Part shown: piece by piece, positions 27,569 to 37,596 of the stretch
Layout: every line of letters starts with the position of its first letter
Position numbering within the stretch: position 1 is the stretch's first letter
Assembly (NCBI GenBank): GCA_934130285.1
Contig: CAKOXT010000001.1
Span: 165,082-229,081, forward strand
Reading direction: 5' to 3'
Origin: an uncultured Clostridia bacterium
GTDB lineage: Bacteria; Bacillota; Clostridia; TANB77; CAG-508
Length of the DNA stretch: 64,000 nucleotides
Program-made: the position numbers and the translations under genes
The notes under the pieces: generated by a model
Database searches by the model: none
Told to the model about the DNA's origin: nothing
What the model saw: the letters and a program-made list of their open reading frames with translations, nothing else

Positions 27569-28972
27569 ATGTCAGAAAAGACTAGAGTAGAAGATATAAA
27601 TAGAAATATATATGATATAAAAAATGTGGATGATTATGATTTTAAGATGCAGAAGGGGTTGAACAGAGAAATCGTTACTGAGATTTCTAAGATGAAGAAT
27701 GAGCCGGATTGGATGCTTAAGATTAGATTAGATGCTTTGGAAATGTATAATAAATTGGAACTTCCTACTTGGGGACCGGATTTGTCTGATTTGAAAATGG
27801 ACGAGATTGCAACTTATGTTAGACCTAAATCTGGATTGAATACTAATTGGGATGATGTTCCGGAAGATATAAAAAACACTTTTGATAAGTTGGGTATTCC
27901 TGATGCTGAGAAGAAGTCCCTTTCAGGTGTTGGTGCTCAATATGATTCAGAAGTTGTTTATCACAGCATAAAGGATGAATTAATTAAGCAAGGTGTTGTT
28001 TATACTGATATGGAGAGTGCGGTTAGGGATTATCCTGAGATTGTTAAGGAACATTTTATGAAGTGTGTTCCTATTAGTGATCATAAGTTTGTTGCTTTAC
28101 ATGCTGCTGTATGGTCTGGTGGTTCGTTTGTGTATGTTCCAAAGGGCGTTAAGGTTGATATTCCTTTGCAATCTTATTTTAGATTGAATTCACCTGAGTC
28201 TGGTCAGTTTGAACATACTTTGATAATAGTTGATGAGGGGGCAAGTTTACATTTTATTGAAGGTTGTTCAGCTCCTAAATACAATAAGGTAAATTTACAT
28301 GCTGGTTGTGTTGAGTTATATGTTAAGGATGATGCATATTTACGTTATTCAACAATTGAGAACTGGTCAAAGAATATGATGAATTTGAATACAAAGAAGG
28401 CTTTAGTTGGGAAAAATGCTCAGATTGATTGGGTTACAGGTTCTTTTGGATCTAAGGTTTCAATGTTGTATCCAATGAGTATTTTGAACGGAGAGAATGC
28501 AAAGACTGAATATACTGGTATTACTTTTGCTGGTAAAGGTCAAAACTTAGATACTGGTTTTAAGGTTGTTCATAATGCTCCAAATACATCTTCAGTTGTA
28601 AATTCTAAATCAATTTCTAAAGCTGGAGGTTCTTGTACGTATAGAGCTTTGGTTAGAATTGATGAGAATGCAAAGAATTCAAAATGTAGTGTAAGTTGTG
28701 AGTCTTTAATGCTTGATGATATTTCAAGATCAGATACTATTCCAGTTAATGATATTAGAACTGACGAAGTTGAGTTTTCTCATGAGGCTAAGATTGGTAA
28801 GATAAGTGATAAAGAGATTTTTTATTTAATGAGTAGAGGACTTTCTGAGGAAGATGCGAAGGCCATGATTGTTAGAGGTTTTGCTTATCCTATTTCAAAA
28901 GAGTTACCTGTTGAGTATGCGGTTGAGATGAATAATTTGATAAACTTAGAATTGGAGGGAAGTATTGGATAA
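27569..28972 (+). CDS. sufB: Fe-S cluster assembly protein SufB
   Basis: SufB/SufD-family beta-helix; 467 aa; follows sufC. Confidence 0.9.
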   Translation: MSEKTRVEDINRNIYDIKNVDDYDFKMQKGLNREIVTEISKMKNEPDWMLKIRLDALEMYNKLELPTWGPDLSDLKMDEIATYVRPKSGLNTNWDDVPEDIKNTFDKLGIPDAEKKSLSGVGAQYDSEVVYHSIKDELIKQGVVYTDMESAVRDYPEIVKEHFMKCVPISDHKFVALHAAVWSGGSFVYVPKGVKVDIPLQSYFRLNSPESGQFEHTLIIVDEGASLHFIEGCSAPKYNKVNLHAGCVELYVKDDAYLRYSTIENWSKNMMNLNTKKALVGKNAQIDWVTGSFGSKVSMLYPMSILNGENAKTEYTGITFAGKGQNLDTGFKVVHNAPNTSSVVNSKSISKAGGSCTYRALVRIDENAKNSKCSVSCESLMLDDISRSDTIPVNDIRTDEVEFSHEAKIGKISDKEIFYLMSRGLSEEDAKAMIVRGFAYPISKELPVEYAVEMNNLINLELEGSIG

Positions 28973-30018
28973 TGGAAAAAGTTGTTGTAAATGAAACACC
29001 TATTAGGACATCTAGAAATTTTAGAATTAATAATATAGTGTTAGAAAATATTGATTTGCCTGAAAATTCAAATAAGTTTGAGAATGTTGAGATTAAACAG
29101 AGTAGCTGCGAGGTTTCAGAGGTTAAGCCTGATGTGAAGATGGTTTATGGCATGAGCAGGGTTTTTGAAGAGAACATTGAGAAAAATTATAATAGTTCTT
29201 TGAAAATTGTTGCTGATAAAAAGGACGATGTTCAAATCGATTTTTGCTTTGATGATGACAATTTGGTATTGTCTAATTATTTAGAGATTGAGGCTAATAG
29301 TAATTTGAATGTTGTTATTAGATATGTTTCTAATACTGAAAAACAGTGTTTTCATAATGGTATTTTGAAGTTAAATGCTAAAAATGGTTCAAAAGTGAAT
29401 GTCGCTGTTATTAATTTATTGAATAATGTTTCTTTGAATTTTGAAGCTATTGAGAATGCTTTTGAAGATGGTGCGGATGTTAATTATACAATTATTGATA
29501 TTGGCGCAAAGACGAGTGTTTCTAATTATTATTCTAATATGCTAGGACAAGGTTCAAAAAATGATTTGAAGACTATTTATTTAGGAACAGATGAGCAAGT
29601 TAAAGATATTAATTATATTGCAGAGCTTAGAGGAGAAAAAACTGATATTAATATTGATGTACAAGGAGCTTTGAAGAATCATAGTAAAAAGAATTTTAAA
29701 GGTACAATAGATTTTAAGAAAGGCTGTAAAAAAGCTGTTGGTGATGAGAATGAGTATTGCATGCTTTTGACAGATGATTCAAAATCAATTGCGTTGCCAA
29801 TGCTTTTATGTACTGAGGATGATGTTGAAGGTAACCATAGTACAGCTTCTGGAAAAGTTGATGCAGAAGAACTTTTCTATATTATGTCTAGAGGGATTGG
29901 ATATAATGATGCAATAAAGCTGATTGTAAAATCTAGATTTAATAAGATATTAGAAAGAATAACAGATGAAGAATTAAGAACAGAAATTTTGGAAGAAATA
30001 GATAGGAGATTGGATTAA
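28972..30018 (+). CDS. sufD: Fe-S cluster assembly protein SufD
   Basis: SufBD-family paralogue (348 aa), translationally coupled. Confidence 0.8.
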   Translation: MEKVVVNETPIRTSRNFRINNIVLENIDLPENSNKFENVEIKQSSCEVSEVKPDVKMVYGMSRVFEENIEKNYNSSLKIVADKKDDVQIDFCFDDDNLVLSNYLEIEANSNLNVVIRYVSNTEKQCFHNGILKLNAKNGSKVNVAVINLLNNVSLNFEAIENAFEDGADVNYTIIDIGAKTSVSNYYSNMLGQGSKNDLKTIYLGTDEQVKDINYIAELRGEKTDINIDVQGALKNHSKKNFKGTIDFKKGCKKAVGDENEYCMLLTDDSKSIALPMLLCTEDDVEGNHSTASGKVDAEELFYIMSRGIGYNDAIKLIVKSRFNKILERITDEELRTEILEEIDRRLD

Positions 30019-31232
30019 TGGATTTTAGAGATGATTTTCCGATTTTTAAGAATAGAGATATTGCATATTTAGATAGTGGTGCGACTGCTCAAAAACCTCA
30101 AATGGTTATTGATGCAATAGATAATTTTTATGATAAGTTTAATGCGAATCCTCATAGAGGTGCGTATACTTTGAGTATTGAAGCTACTGCTATGTATGAA
30201 GATACAAGGGCTAAGATTGCAAAGTTTATAAATGCAAGACATGCTGAAGAAATTATTTTTTCAAAGAATGCGAGTGAGAGTTTGAATTTGCTTGCTTATT
30301 CTTATGGTTTAGACAATTTGAAAAAAGGTGATGATGTTGTTATTTCTATTATGGAACATCATTCTAATTTGGTCCCTTGGCAATTTGTTACTCAAAAAAC
30401 TGGTAGTGAATTGAAGTATATGTATATTAATGACGAGTTTGAACTTTCAAAAGAAGAGATTGAAAGCAAGATTACTGATAATACTAAAATCGTTGGAATT
30501 ACTCATGTTTCAAATGTTTTGGGAACTATAAATAATGTTAAAGAAATAATAAAGTATGCTCATAAAAAAGGTGCTATTGTAATTGTTGATGCTTCTCAAA
30601 GTATTCCTCATATGAAGATTGATGTTCAAGATTTGGATGCTGATTTTCTTGTATTTTCTGGACACAAAATGTTTGCTCCTCTTGGAATTGGTGTTTTATA
30701 TGGTAAGAGAGAGTTACTAAATAAAATGAATCCATTTTTAATGGGTGGAGATATGATTGAGTATGTTCATGAACAAAGTACAACATTTGCGCCACTTCCA
30801 AATAAGTTTGAAGCTGGAACTCAAAATGTTGAGGGCGTTGTTGGTTTAGGTGCTGCTATTGATTATATTAATAGTATTGGATATGATAAGATTCAAGAAC
30901 ATGATAGAGAAATTGTTGATTATGCTCGTGAAAAATTACTTAAGCTTGATTATTTAGATTTGTATATGACGCCTAATGCTGAAAATCATTCTGCTGTTAT
31001 TTCTTTTAATATAAAGGGAGTTCATCCTCATGATGTTGCAAGTATTTTGGATTCTGAGAATGTGTGTGTTAGATCTGGAAATCATTGTGCACAACCACTT
31101 ATGAGATACTTAGGAATTGATTCAACTTGTAGAGCAAGTTTTTATGTGTATAATACAAAAGACGATATTGATAGATTAGTTGCTGGAATTGAGAAGGCAT
31201 ATAAGATGTTTGAAAAATATATTAATAGGTAG
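30018..31232 (+). CDS. sufS: cysteine desulfurase SufS (class V aminotransferase)
   Basis: PLP-Lys region SGHKMFAPLGIGVLYG and active-site Cys region RSGNHCAQP. Confidence 0.9.
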   Translation: MDFRDDFPIFKNRDIAYLDSGATAQKPQMVIDAIDNFYDKFNANPHRGAYTLSIEATAMYEDTRAKIAKFINARHAEEIIFSKNASESLNLLAYSYGLDNLKKGDDVVISIMEHHSNLVPWQFVTQKTGSELKYMYINDEFELSKEEIESKITDNTKIVGITHVSNVLGTINNVKEIIKYAHKKGAIVIVDASQSIPHMKIDVQDLDADFLVFSGHKMFAPLGIGVLYGKRELLNKMNPFLMGGDMIEYVHEQSTTFAPLPNKFEAGTQNVEGVVGLGAAIDYINSIGYDKIQEHDREIVDYAREKLLKLDYLDLYMTPNAENHSAVISFNIKGVHPHDVASILDSENVCVRSGNHCAQPLMRYLGIDSTCRASFYVYNTKDDIDRLVAGIEKAYKMFEKYINR

Positions 31233-31241
31233 GATATTAAA

Positions 31242-31709
31242 TTGGATAATTTAGATGAATTGTATAATGATATTATAATGGAACATAGTATGAATTCTTA
31301 TAATAAGAAAAAGCTTGATGGTGCTGATTTTTCTGAAGTTGGTCATAATCCTAATTGCGGTGATGAGATTACTTTGGAAATGAATCTAGATGGAAATGTG
31401 ATTTCTGATATGGCTTTTTCTGGTCATGGGTGTGCGATTTCTCAAGCTTCTACATCTGTTATGATTGATACATTGAGAGGAAAAACTATTGATGAGGCAA
31501 AAGAGATAATTAAAACTTTTATTGAAATGATTAAAAGAGAAATTACTGATGATGCTGAACTTGAAAAATTGGAAGAGGCTATTGCTTTTAAGAATGTTTC
31601 TAATATGCCTGCTAGGGTTAAGTGTGCTTTGCTTGCTTGGCATACGCTAGAGGATATGATTGAGAAGGGCGAAACTGACGGAAAAATTTCTTCATCTTGT
31701 TGTCATTAA
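31242..31709 (+). CDS. sufU: SufU/NifU-like sulfur-transfer scaffold protein
   Basis: Conserved Cys motifs (NPNCGDEITL, GHGCAISQAS, CAL). Confidence 0.85.
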   Translation: MDNLDELYNDIIMEHSMNSYNKKKLDGADFSEVGHNPNCGDEITLEMNLDGNVISDMAFSGHGCAISQASTSVMIDTLRGKTIDEAKEIIKTFIEMIKREITDDAELEKLEEAIAFKNVSNMPARVKCALLAWHTLEDMIEKGETDGKISSSCCH

Positions 31710-31757
31710 GATGTTTAGTTGAGAAGTTTTAAAGTTGTCGTAAGAAGGGATTTTTAA

Positions 31758-32813
31758 ATGGAAGAAAAGAGAGTTCTACTTGGAATGAGTGGAGGTGTTG
31801 ATAGTTCTGTATCTGCACTTCTTTTAAAAGAACAAGGGTATGAAGTAATTGGAACGACTATGGAGCTGTTTGCTGGAAGTAGTTGTTGTAATACGAATAC
31901 ATATATTGATGCAAAAAATGTTTGTAATCAGATTGGTGTTCCTCATTTTATTTATAATTTTAAAGATGAATTTAAAAAGTATGTAATTGATGATTTTATA
32001 AATTGTTATTCTAATTGTTTGACCCCAAATCCTTGTATAGAGTGTAATAAGTTTATGAAGTTTGGACTTATGTATGAGAAAGCTAAGGAACTTGGTTGTG
32101 AGTATATTGCGACAGGTCATTATGCTAAAACAGAGTATAGTGAGAAGTATGATAGATGGGTTCTTAAGAAGTCTAAGGCTGGAAAGAAAGATCAGAGCTA
32201 TGTTTTGTGGAATATTCCAAAGAATTTAGTAGAACATGTTGTGTTTCCTTTGGCTGATTTTGAAAGTAAAGATGAGATCAGAAAAATTGCTAAAGAGAAT
32301 AATTTGAAAACGGCCAATAAGCCTGATAGCGAAGATATATGTTTTATTCCTGATGGAAACTATAAAAGATTCCTTGAGGAAAATTCTAATTTGAAGCCTA
32401 AGAAAGGCAATATTGTTCATGTGAATGGTACCGTTTTAGGAAAACATAATGGACTTTATAATTATACTATTGGTCAAAGAAAAGGACTTGGAATTTCGTA
32501 TAAGGAGCCTTTGTTTGTAGTTGGTTTTAATAGGGCTAAGAATGAGGTTATTGTTGGAGAAAAAGAGTATATTTATAAGACGGAAATGATTGTTAAAAAT
32601 ATTAATTTGTTGCTTGTTGACAAGATTGAGGACTCTATGAAGGTTTCTGTTAAAACAAGATATTCTAGCAAAGAAGAGATGGCTACAATTGAGATGGTTG
32701 ATGAGGATACTATAAAGGTAGTTTTTGAGAATCCTGTTGCCAGAATTACGCCTGGACAGTCAGCTGTGTTTTATTTGGATGACATTGTTGTTGGTGGTGG
32801 AAAAATTGTTTAG
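31758..32813 (+). CDS. mnmA: tRNA 2-thiouridine(34) synthase MnmA
   Basis: PP-loop SGGVDSS, catalytic Cys residues, 351 aa. Confidence 0.9.
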   Translation: MEEKRVLLGMSGGVDSSVSALLLKEQGYEVIGTTMELFAGSSCCNTNTYIDAKNVCNQIGVPHFIYNFKDEFKKYVIDDFINCYSNCLTPNPCIECNKFMKFGLMYEKAKELGCEYIATGHYAKTEYSEKYDRWVLKKSKAGKKDQSYVLWNIPKNLVEHVVFPLADFESKDEIRKIAKENNLKTANKPDSEDICFIPDGNYKRFLEENSNLKPKKGNIVHVNGTVLGKHNGLYNYTIGQRKGLGISYKEPLFVVGFNRAKNEVIVGEKEYIYKTEMIVKNINLLLVDKIEDSMKVSVKTRYSSKEEMATIEMVDEDTIKVVFENPVARITPGQSAVFYLDDIVVGGGKIV

Positions 32814-32948
32814 ATGATTAAAGCGTTTTGCATGATATTTTTTTCGACATTTTTTGATATTGCTGGTCAAATATGTAGCAAAAAAATATATTTGTGGTAT
32901 AATAATAACATTGTGGGGGATAAAATTTATAGAAGAATGGGGAGTATT

Positions 32949-33716
32949 ATGTTTTTCGCAAAACCCGGTGAATATAAGGCTTGTGGATTGTTTACACCAG
33001 AGCATTTTGCTTTAATTGTTGCAACTTTTTTATGTGTTGGGATTGCACTAAAAAAAACAGTTCATAAGAGTAAAGAGGAAGTCTATAAAATTATAAAAAA
33101 TTTAACTATTATTTTATGGGCTTTAGAAATTTTTAAAATATTATACACATTGCAAGATGTAAAAATTACTAATGTTAAAGAGTGGATGCCTTTATATTAT
33201 TGTAGTCTACTATTATATGCTGGTTTTTTGAGTTCTTTTACAAGAGGACATTTTAGACGAGCTGGCGATGTGTTTTTAGCAACAGGCTCAATAGTTGGTG
33301 GATTGGTATTTATTTTATTTCCAACGACTTCTTTGCCAACATATCCAGCATTTCATTTTATAAGTATTCATAGTTTCTTTTTCCATGGAACTATGGTGTA
33401 TTTGACTTTACTAATAAATAAAACTCATTATATTGAATTAGAGAAAAAAGACATAATTTATTTTGCTAGTCTTGTTGGTATTATTTGTTTGTTGGCTTTA
33501 ATTGTTAATGCGGAATTTAATAGTAATTTGATGTTTATATCAAAAAATTTCCCAAATACACCAATTGAATTTATATATGATGCAACTGGTAGATGGTTTA
33601 CGCCACTTATGATTTTGGGGCAAATGTTTTTACCATTTTATGTGGTATATGGGATTGTTAAAAAGTTCGAATCAATTAAAAGTGAACGTGGAGAATTAGC
33701 TGAAAAAGAGGCTTAG
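32949..33716 (+). CDS. polytopic membrane protein (YwaF/TIGR02206-like)
   Basis: Multiple TM helices. Start chosen at ATG 32949 behind GGGAG and an extended -10 (TGTGGTATAAT at 32895-32905). The track's longer ORF would overlap mnmA. Confidence 0.55.
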   Translation: MFFAKPGEYKACGLFTPEHFALIVATFLCVGIALKKTVHKSKEEVYKIIKNLTIILWALEIFKILYTLQDVKITNVKEWMPLYYCSLLLYAGFLSSFTRGHFRRAGDVFLATGSIVGGLVFILFPTTSLPTYPAFHFISIHSFFFHGTMVYLTLLINKTHYIELEKKDIIYFASLVGIICLLALIVNAEFNSNLMFISKNFPNTPIEFIYDATGRWFTPLMILGQMFLPFYVVYGIVKKFESIKSERGELAEKEA

Positions 33717-33760
33717 AAAAAAATCAATTAGGTTTAATTAAAATCTAATTGATTTTTTAT
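33717..33760 (+). terminator. rho-independent terminator (aatcaattag...ctaattgatt + T6)
   Basis: 10-bp stem and U-run. Confidence 0.7.
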
Positions 33761-33936
33761 ATGTAATATTTTCTTTACATTAAAAATTATTAGTGATAGT
33801 ATTATTATGTTGTAAGGGGGAGAAAATGAAGTTGCTAATATAAAAAATGATGAAAAGAATGTCGATTATATTTGAATTAAAGGATTGATAATAATAATAT
33901 TATTATAAATTAAAATTTATAGGAGGAGTTTTTAAA

Positions 33937-34644
33937 ATGAAAAACAAAAAAATCGTAATTGCAATTGTTATTATATTAATATTGGTTGCAGCTGCTGTTG
34001 CTGGAGTTTTAATCTTAAAACCTTTTGATAAAAAAGATGATGATAAAGATGAAAAAACAAATACAGCTAAAGTAGAAGAAAAAAATGATGAAGAAAAAGA
34101 AGAGGATGTTGATTATGAAGCAATTCTAGAGAAATTTTTAGCAGCATGTGCTTCTGAAGATGATATGAATGATTTCGTAGATGAATATGTTGATATAAAA
34201 TCAATGTATGTAGCTGATAAAATTGATGAACCATCAGAATTTGAGGATGAATACAAGAAAACTAAAGCAAAAGATTATGAAGATTATGCTGATGATGTAA
34301 AAGAAGTATATTCTAGTTTTGTTAGTGAAGATACTGAATTAACATTAAAGAAAGTTGGAAAAGCAACTAAAATGTCTGAAATTGGAATAGATATGTGGAG
34401 TGATGTAAGATTTACAGTTGAAAGTGATGGTGAAACTGTTAAATTAGCAGCTATTTTCTGCGGTGATAAATTAGTATTAATTTCTGATGAAGATACTGTA
34501 GATTCTTTATATGAAAATTTAAAGGAAAAAGAAGAAAATGTAACTAATACATCAAAAAATACTACTAATGATACATCAAATAATACAACAAACAAAACGT
34601 CAAACAAAACTTCAAATTCATCTTCAGATGATGAAGAAGAATAA
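33937..34644 (+). CDS. hypothetical membrane-anchored acidic protein with Asn/Thr/Ser-rich C-terminal tail
   Basis: N-terminal TM helix, Asp/Glu-rich body, and tail NTSKNTTNDTSNNTTNKTSNKTSNSSSDDEEE. Confidence 0.6.
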   Translation: MKNKKIVIAIVIILILVAAAVAGVLILKPFDKKDDDKDEKTNTAKVEEKNDEEKEEDVDYEAILEKFLAACASEDDMNDFVDEYVDIKSMYVADKIDEPSEFEDEYKKTKAKDYEDYADDVKEVYSSFVSEDTELTLKKVGKATKMSEIGIDMWSDVRFTVESDGETVKLAAIFCGDKLVLISDEDTVDSLYENLKEKEENVTNTSKNTTNDTSNNTTNKTSNKTSNSSSDDEEE

Positions 34645-34720
34645 AATATAATATTTTGATTTGAATAAAATTGAAAATAAGAAAGAAGCAATGTCAATAT
34701 GATACTGCTTCTTTTTTATC

Positions 34721-34749
34721 TTGACACATACCCTATGGGGGTATATAAT
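34721..34749 (+). promoter_or_regulatory. consensus promoter TTGACA-17-TATAAT with a CsoR operator (ATACCCTATGGGGGTAT, 34728-34744) in the spacer
   Basis: GC-rich pseudo-palindrome matching the CsoR box known from Bacillus copZA. Directly upstream of csoR-copZ-copA. Confidence 0.75.
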
Positions 34750-34770
34750 CTTGACTGAGGTGATAAGAAT

Positions 34771-35082
34771 ATGCCATGTGGTAAATGTGAGAAATGTCAA
34801 ATGTGTCAAAAATCCACACATAGAACAGATGAAGAAAAAAAGAGGCTTACTAAAAGACTTAATATTATTGAAGGTCAAGTAAGAGGTGTAAAACAGATGA
34901 TTGAAAATGACAGATATTGTGATGATGTTTTAACTCAATTATCTGCAATAAATAAGGCTTTAGAAAGTTTAGAAAATTCAATTTTAGAAAGTCATATAGC
35001 AACTTGTGTGACTTATGAAATTCAATCTGGCAATTTAGATATAATTGAAGAAGTTATGGATTTAATAAAAAGATTAAGATAA
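34771..35082 (+). CDS. csoR: copper-sensing transcriptional repressor CsoR (DUF156), with Cys-rich N-terminal extension
   Basis: CsoR/RcnR family (…IEGQVRGV..M…RYCDDVLTQL.A……H). Confidence 0.85.
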   Translation: MPCGKCEKCQMCQKSTHRTDEEKKRLTKRLNIIEGQVRGVKQMIENDRYCDDVLTQLSAINKALESLENSILESHIATCVTYEIQSGNLDIIEEVMDLIKRLR

Positions 35083-35145
35083 GGAAAGATTATAAATGTG
35101 GTTGATAATTAATCAATCATAAAATTAAGAAGGAAGGTATTTATT

Positions 35146-35352
35146 ATGGAAAATATTGAATTAAGAATTGAGGGAATGCATTGTACAGGATGTAGTGCAA
35201 GACTACAAAAGGTTTTGTCTAATTTAGATGGTGTATCAAATGCAGAAGTAAGTTTTGAAAAAGGTATGGCTAATATAGAATTTAATAAAGAAATAATTAC
35301 ATTAGATGAAATAAAAAATGCTATTGTTGATAGTGGTTTTGAAGTGGAATAA
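35146..35352 (+). CDS. copZ: copper chaperone CopZ (HMA domain)
   Basis: GMHCTGCS metal-binding motif; 68 aa. Confidence 0.9.
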   Translation: MENIELRIEGMHCTGCSARLQKVLSNLDGVSNAEVSFEKGMANIEFNKEIITLDEIKNAIVDSGFEVE

Positions 35353-35367
35353 AAGGAGAAAACTGTT

Positions 35368-37566
35368 TTGAAGAAAGTTTTATTAAAAATTGGTGGAATG
35401 ACTTGTAGTGCTTGTTCAAGCGGATTAGAAAAATATTTAAATAAACAGGATGGAATTAAAGTTGCTAGTGTTAATTTGGTTATGAACAACGCAAGTATTG
35501 AATATGATGATGATAAATTAAAGTTAGCTGATGTAGAGAAATTTGTTGACAAAGCTGGGTTTGAAAGTCTTGGAATTGATAATTTAGAAAGTGAAGAGAA
35601 AAGAAAGTCAGGAGAAAAAATAAAATTAGGGTTAATTTCAATCTTTTCAATTTTGACTTTATATATATCTATGGCTCATATGATTGGGTTGCCTGATATT
35701 CCTTTTTTGAGTATGATGACTCATCCATTGAATTACGCAGTTTCATTGTTAGTTTTAACAATGGTTGTATTAGGATTAGGATATAATGTTTTGAAAAATG
35801 GAGTTAAAAATTTAATTCATGGAATACCTAATATGGATACATTAGTTACTATTGGTGTTTTAGCAAGTTTTATTTATAGTGTTTATGGTACAATTAATAT
35901 TACACTTGGTAGAATGGAGTTTGTACATTCACTTTATTTTGAATCTTCTGCTGTGGTACTGTTTTTTATTAAAATAGGTAAATATGTTGAGGGGATAAAT
36001 ACGGATAAAACTAAGGAGGCTCTTCAGGAGTTAATGAGCATTACACCTAATTCTGCAACTGTTGAAAGAAATGGTAAAGAAATGACTGTGACATTAGATG
36101 AGATTGAAAAAGGTGATATTGTTGTTTGCAAACCTGGAGAGAAAATTGCAGTTGATGGAACAGTAATTGATGGAAGTTCACATATTAATGAGTCATTTAT
36201 AACTGGCGAAAGTATTCCTGTAAAAGTTGAAAAAAATTCTAAGGTTATTGCTGGAAGTATTAATTATGATGGAGCAATAAAGTACAAGGCTGAGAAAATT
36301 GGTAAAGAATCAACAGTGTCTGAAATTGTAAAGATGGTTGTGGAAGCTACAAATACAAAAGCTCCTATTTCTAAGATGGCTGATAAGGTTAGTAGTGTTT
36401 TTGTTCCAATTGTGATAACAATTGCAATAGTTACTTTTATACTATGGTTAATTCTAGGAAAAGATTTTGCTTTTGCAATTAATGCTTTTGTTACTGTATT
36501 AGTTGTTGCTTGCCCATGTAGTTTAGGTCTTGCTACACCTTTAGCAATTGTTATTTCTTCAGGTATATGCAGTCGAAAAGGTATTTTAGTCAAAAATAGT
36601 GAGAGTTTGGAAAATGCACATAAAGTAAAAACTATTGTGTTTGATAAGACTGGAACTTTGACTAAAGGAACTTTAAGTGTTTCTAAAATTTATAATTATA
36701 GTGAGCTTAGTGATGATGAACTTTTATCTATTTGTGCGAGTGTTGAGAAAAAGTCGGAACATCCAATTGCAAGAGCTATTATTGAAGAGGTAGAATATAG
36801 AAAAATAAAATTACAAGAAATATCAGATTTTAAGGCTATTTCTGGACAAGGTGTATCAGCAAAGGTTGATCAATACGAAGTTTTAATTGGAAATAGAAAA
36901 TTGATGGAACAAGCCAATATTGCTATACAAAAAGATGATTCGGAAGAATTAATGGGTGACGGAAATAGTATTTTATTTATTGGTTTAAATGGAAAATTGG
37001 CTGGTTTAATTGGAGTAAAAGATGTTGTAAAAGAAAACGTTGTAGATGTGATTGCAAAATTGAAAAAAAGAAATATTAATGTTGTTATGCTTACAGGTGA
37101 TAATGAAAAAACTGCAAAAAAAATAGCAGAATCTATTGGTATTGATAATATAATTGCTAATGTCATGCCAAAACAAAAAGCCGAACAAATTGATAAGTTT
37201 AAAAAAGATGGTCTTGTTATGATGTGCGGAGATGGAATTAATGATAGTGTTAGTTTAGTGAAAGCTGATATTGGTGTTTCAGTTTCTTCTGGTACTGATA
37301 TTGCAATGGATTCTGCACAAGTTGTTATTATGAATGATAATTTGGAGAGAATTAATGATTTGATTGATATTAGTGCAAAGACTATTAGAAATATTAAACA
37401 GAATCTATTTTGGGCATTTTTCTATAATGTTTGTATGATTCCATTTGCAATGGGAGTTTTTAAAAGTATAGGATTAAGTATGAATCCTATGTTAGCTGCT
37501 TTAGCTATGACATTAAGTAGTTTGTTTGTTGTTTTAAATGCACTTAGATTACGAGGAATAAAATAA
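35368..37566 (+). CDS. copA: copper-translocating P-type ATPase CopA (TTG start)
   Basis: N-terminal HMA GMTCSACS, CPC motif (ACPCSLGLATP), DKTGTLT phosphorylation site, GDGINDS. Confidence 0.9.
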   Translation: MKKVLLKIGGMTCSACSSGLEKYLNKQDGIKVASVNLVMNNASIEYDDDKLKLADVEKFVDKAGFESLGIDNLESEEKRKSGEKIKLGLISIFSILTLYISMAHMIGLPDIPFLSMMTHPLNYAVSLLVLTMVVLGLGYNVLKNGVKNLIHGIPNMDTLVTIGVLASFIYSVYGTINITLGRMEFVHSLYFESSAVVLFFIKIGKYVEGINTDKTKEALQELMSITPNSATVERNGKEMTVTLDEIEKGDIVVCKPGEKIAVDGTVIDGSSHINESFITGESIPVKVEKNSKVIAGSINYDGAIKYKAEKIGKESTVSEIVKMVVEATNTKAPISKMADKVSSVFVPIVITIAIVTFILWLILGKDFAFAINAFVTVLVVACPCSLGLATPLAIVISSGICSRKGILVKNSESLENAHKVKTIVFDKTGTLTKGTLSVSKIYNYSELSDDELLSICASVEKKSEHPIARAIIEEVEYRKIKLQEISDFKAISGQGVSAKVDQYEVLIGNRKLMEQANIAIQKDDSEELMGDGNSILFIGLNGKLAGLIGVKDVVKENVVDVIAKLKKRNINVVMLTGDNEKTAKKIAESIGIDNIIANVMPKQKAEQIDKFKKDGLVMMCGDGINDSVSLVKADIGVSVSSGTDIAMDSAQVVIMNDNLERINDLIDISAKTIRNIKQNLFWAFFYNVCMIPFAMGVFKSIGLSMNPMLAALAMTLSSLFVVLNALRLRGIK

Positions 37567-37596
37567 TAAATATATTAATGAAAAGGAGTAATGAAT

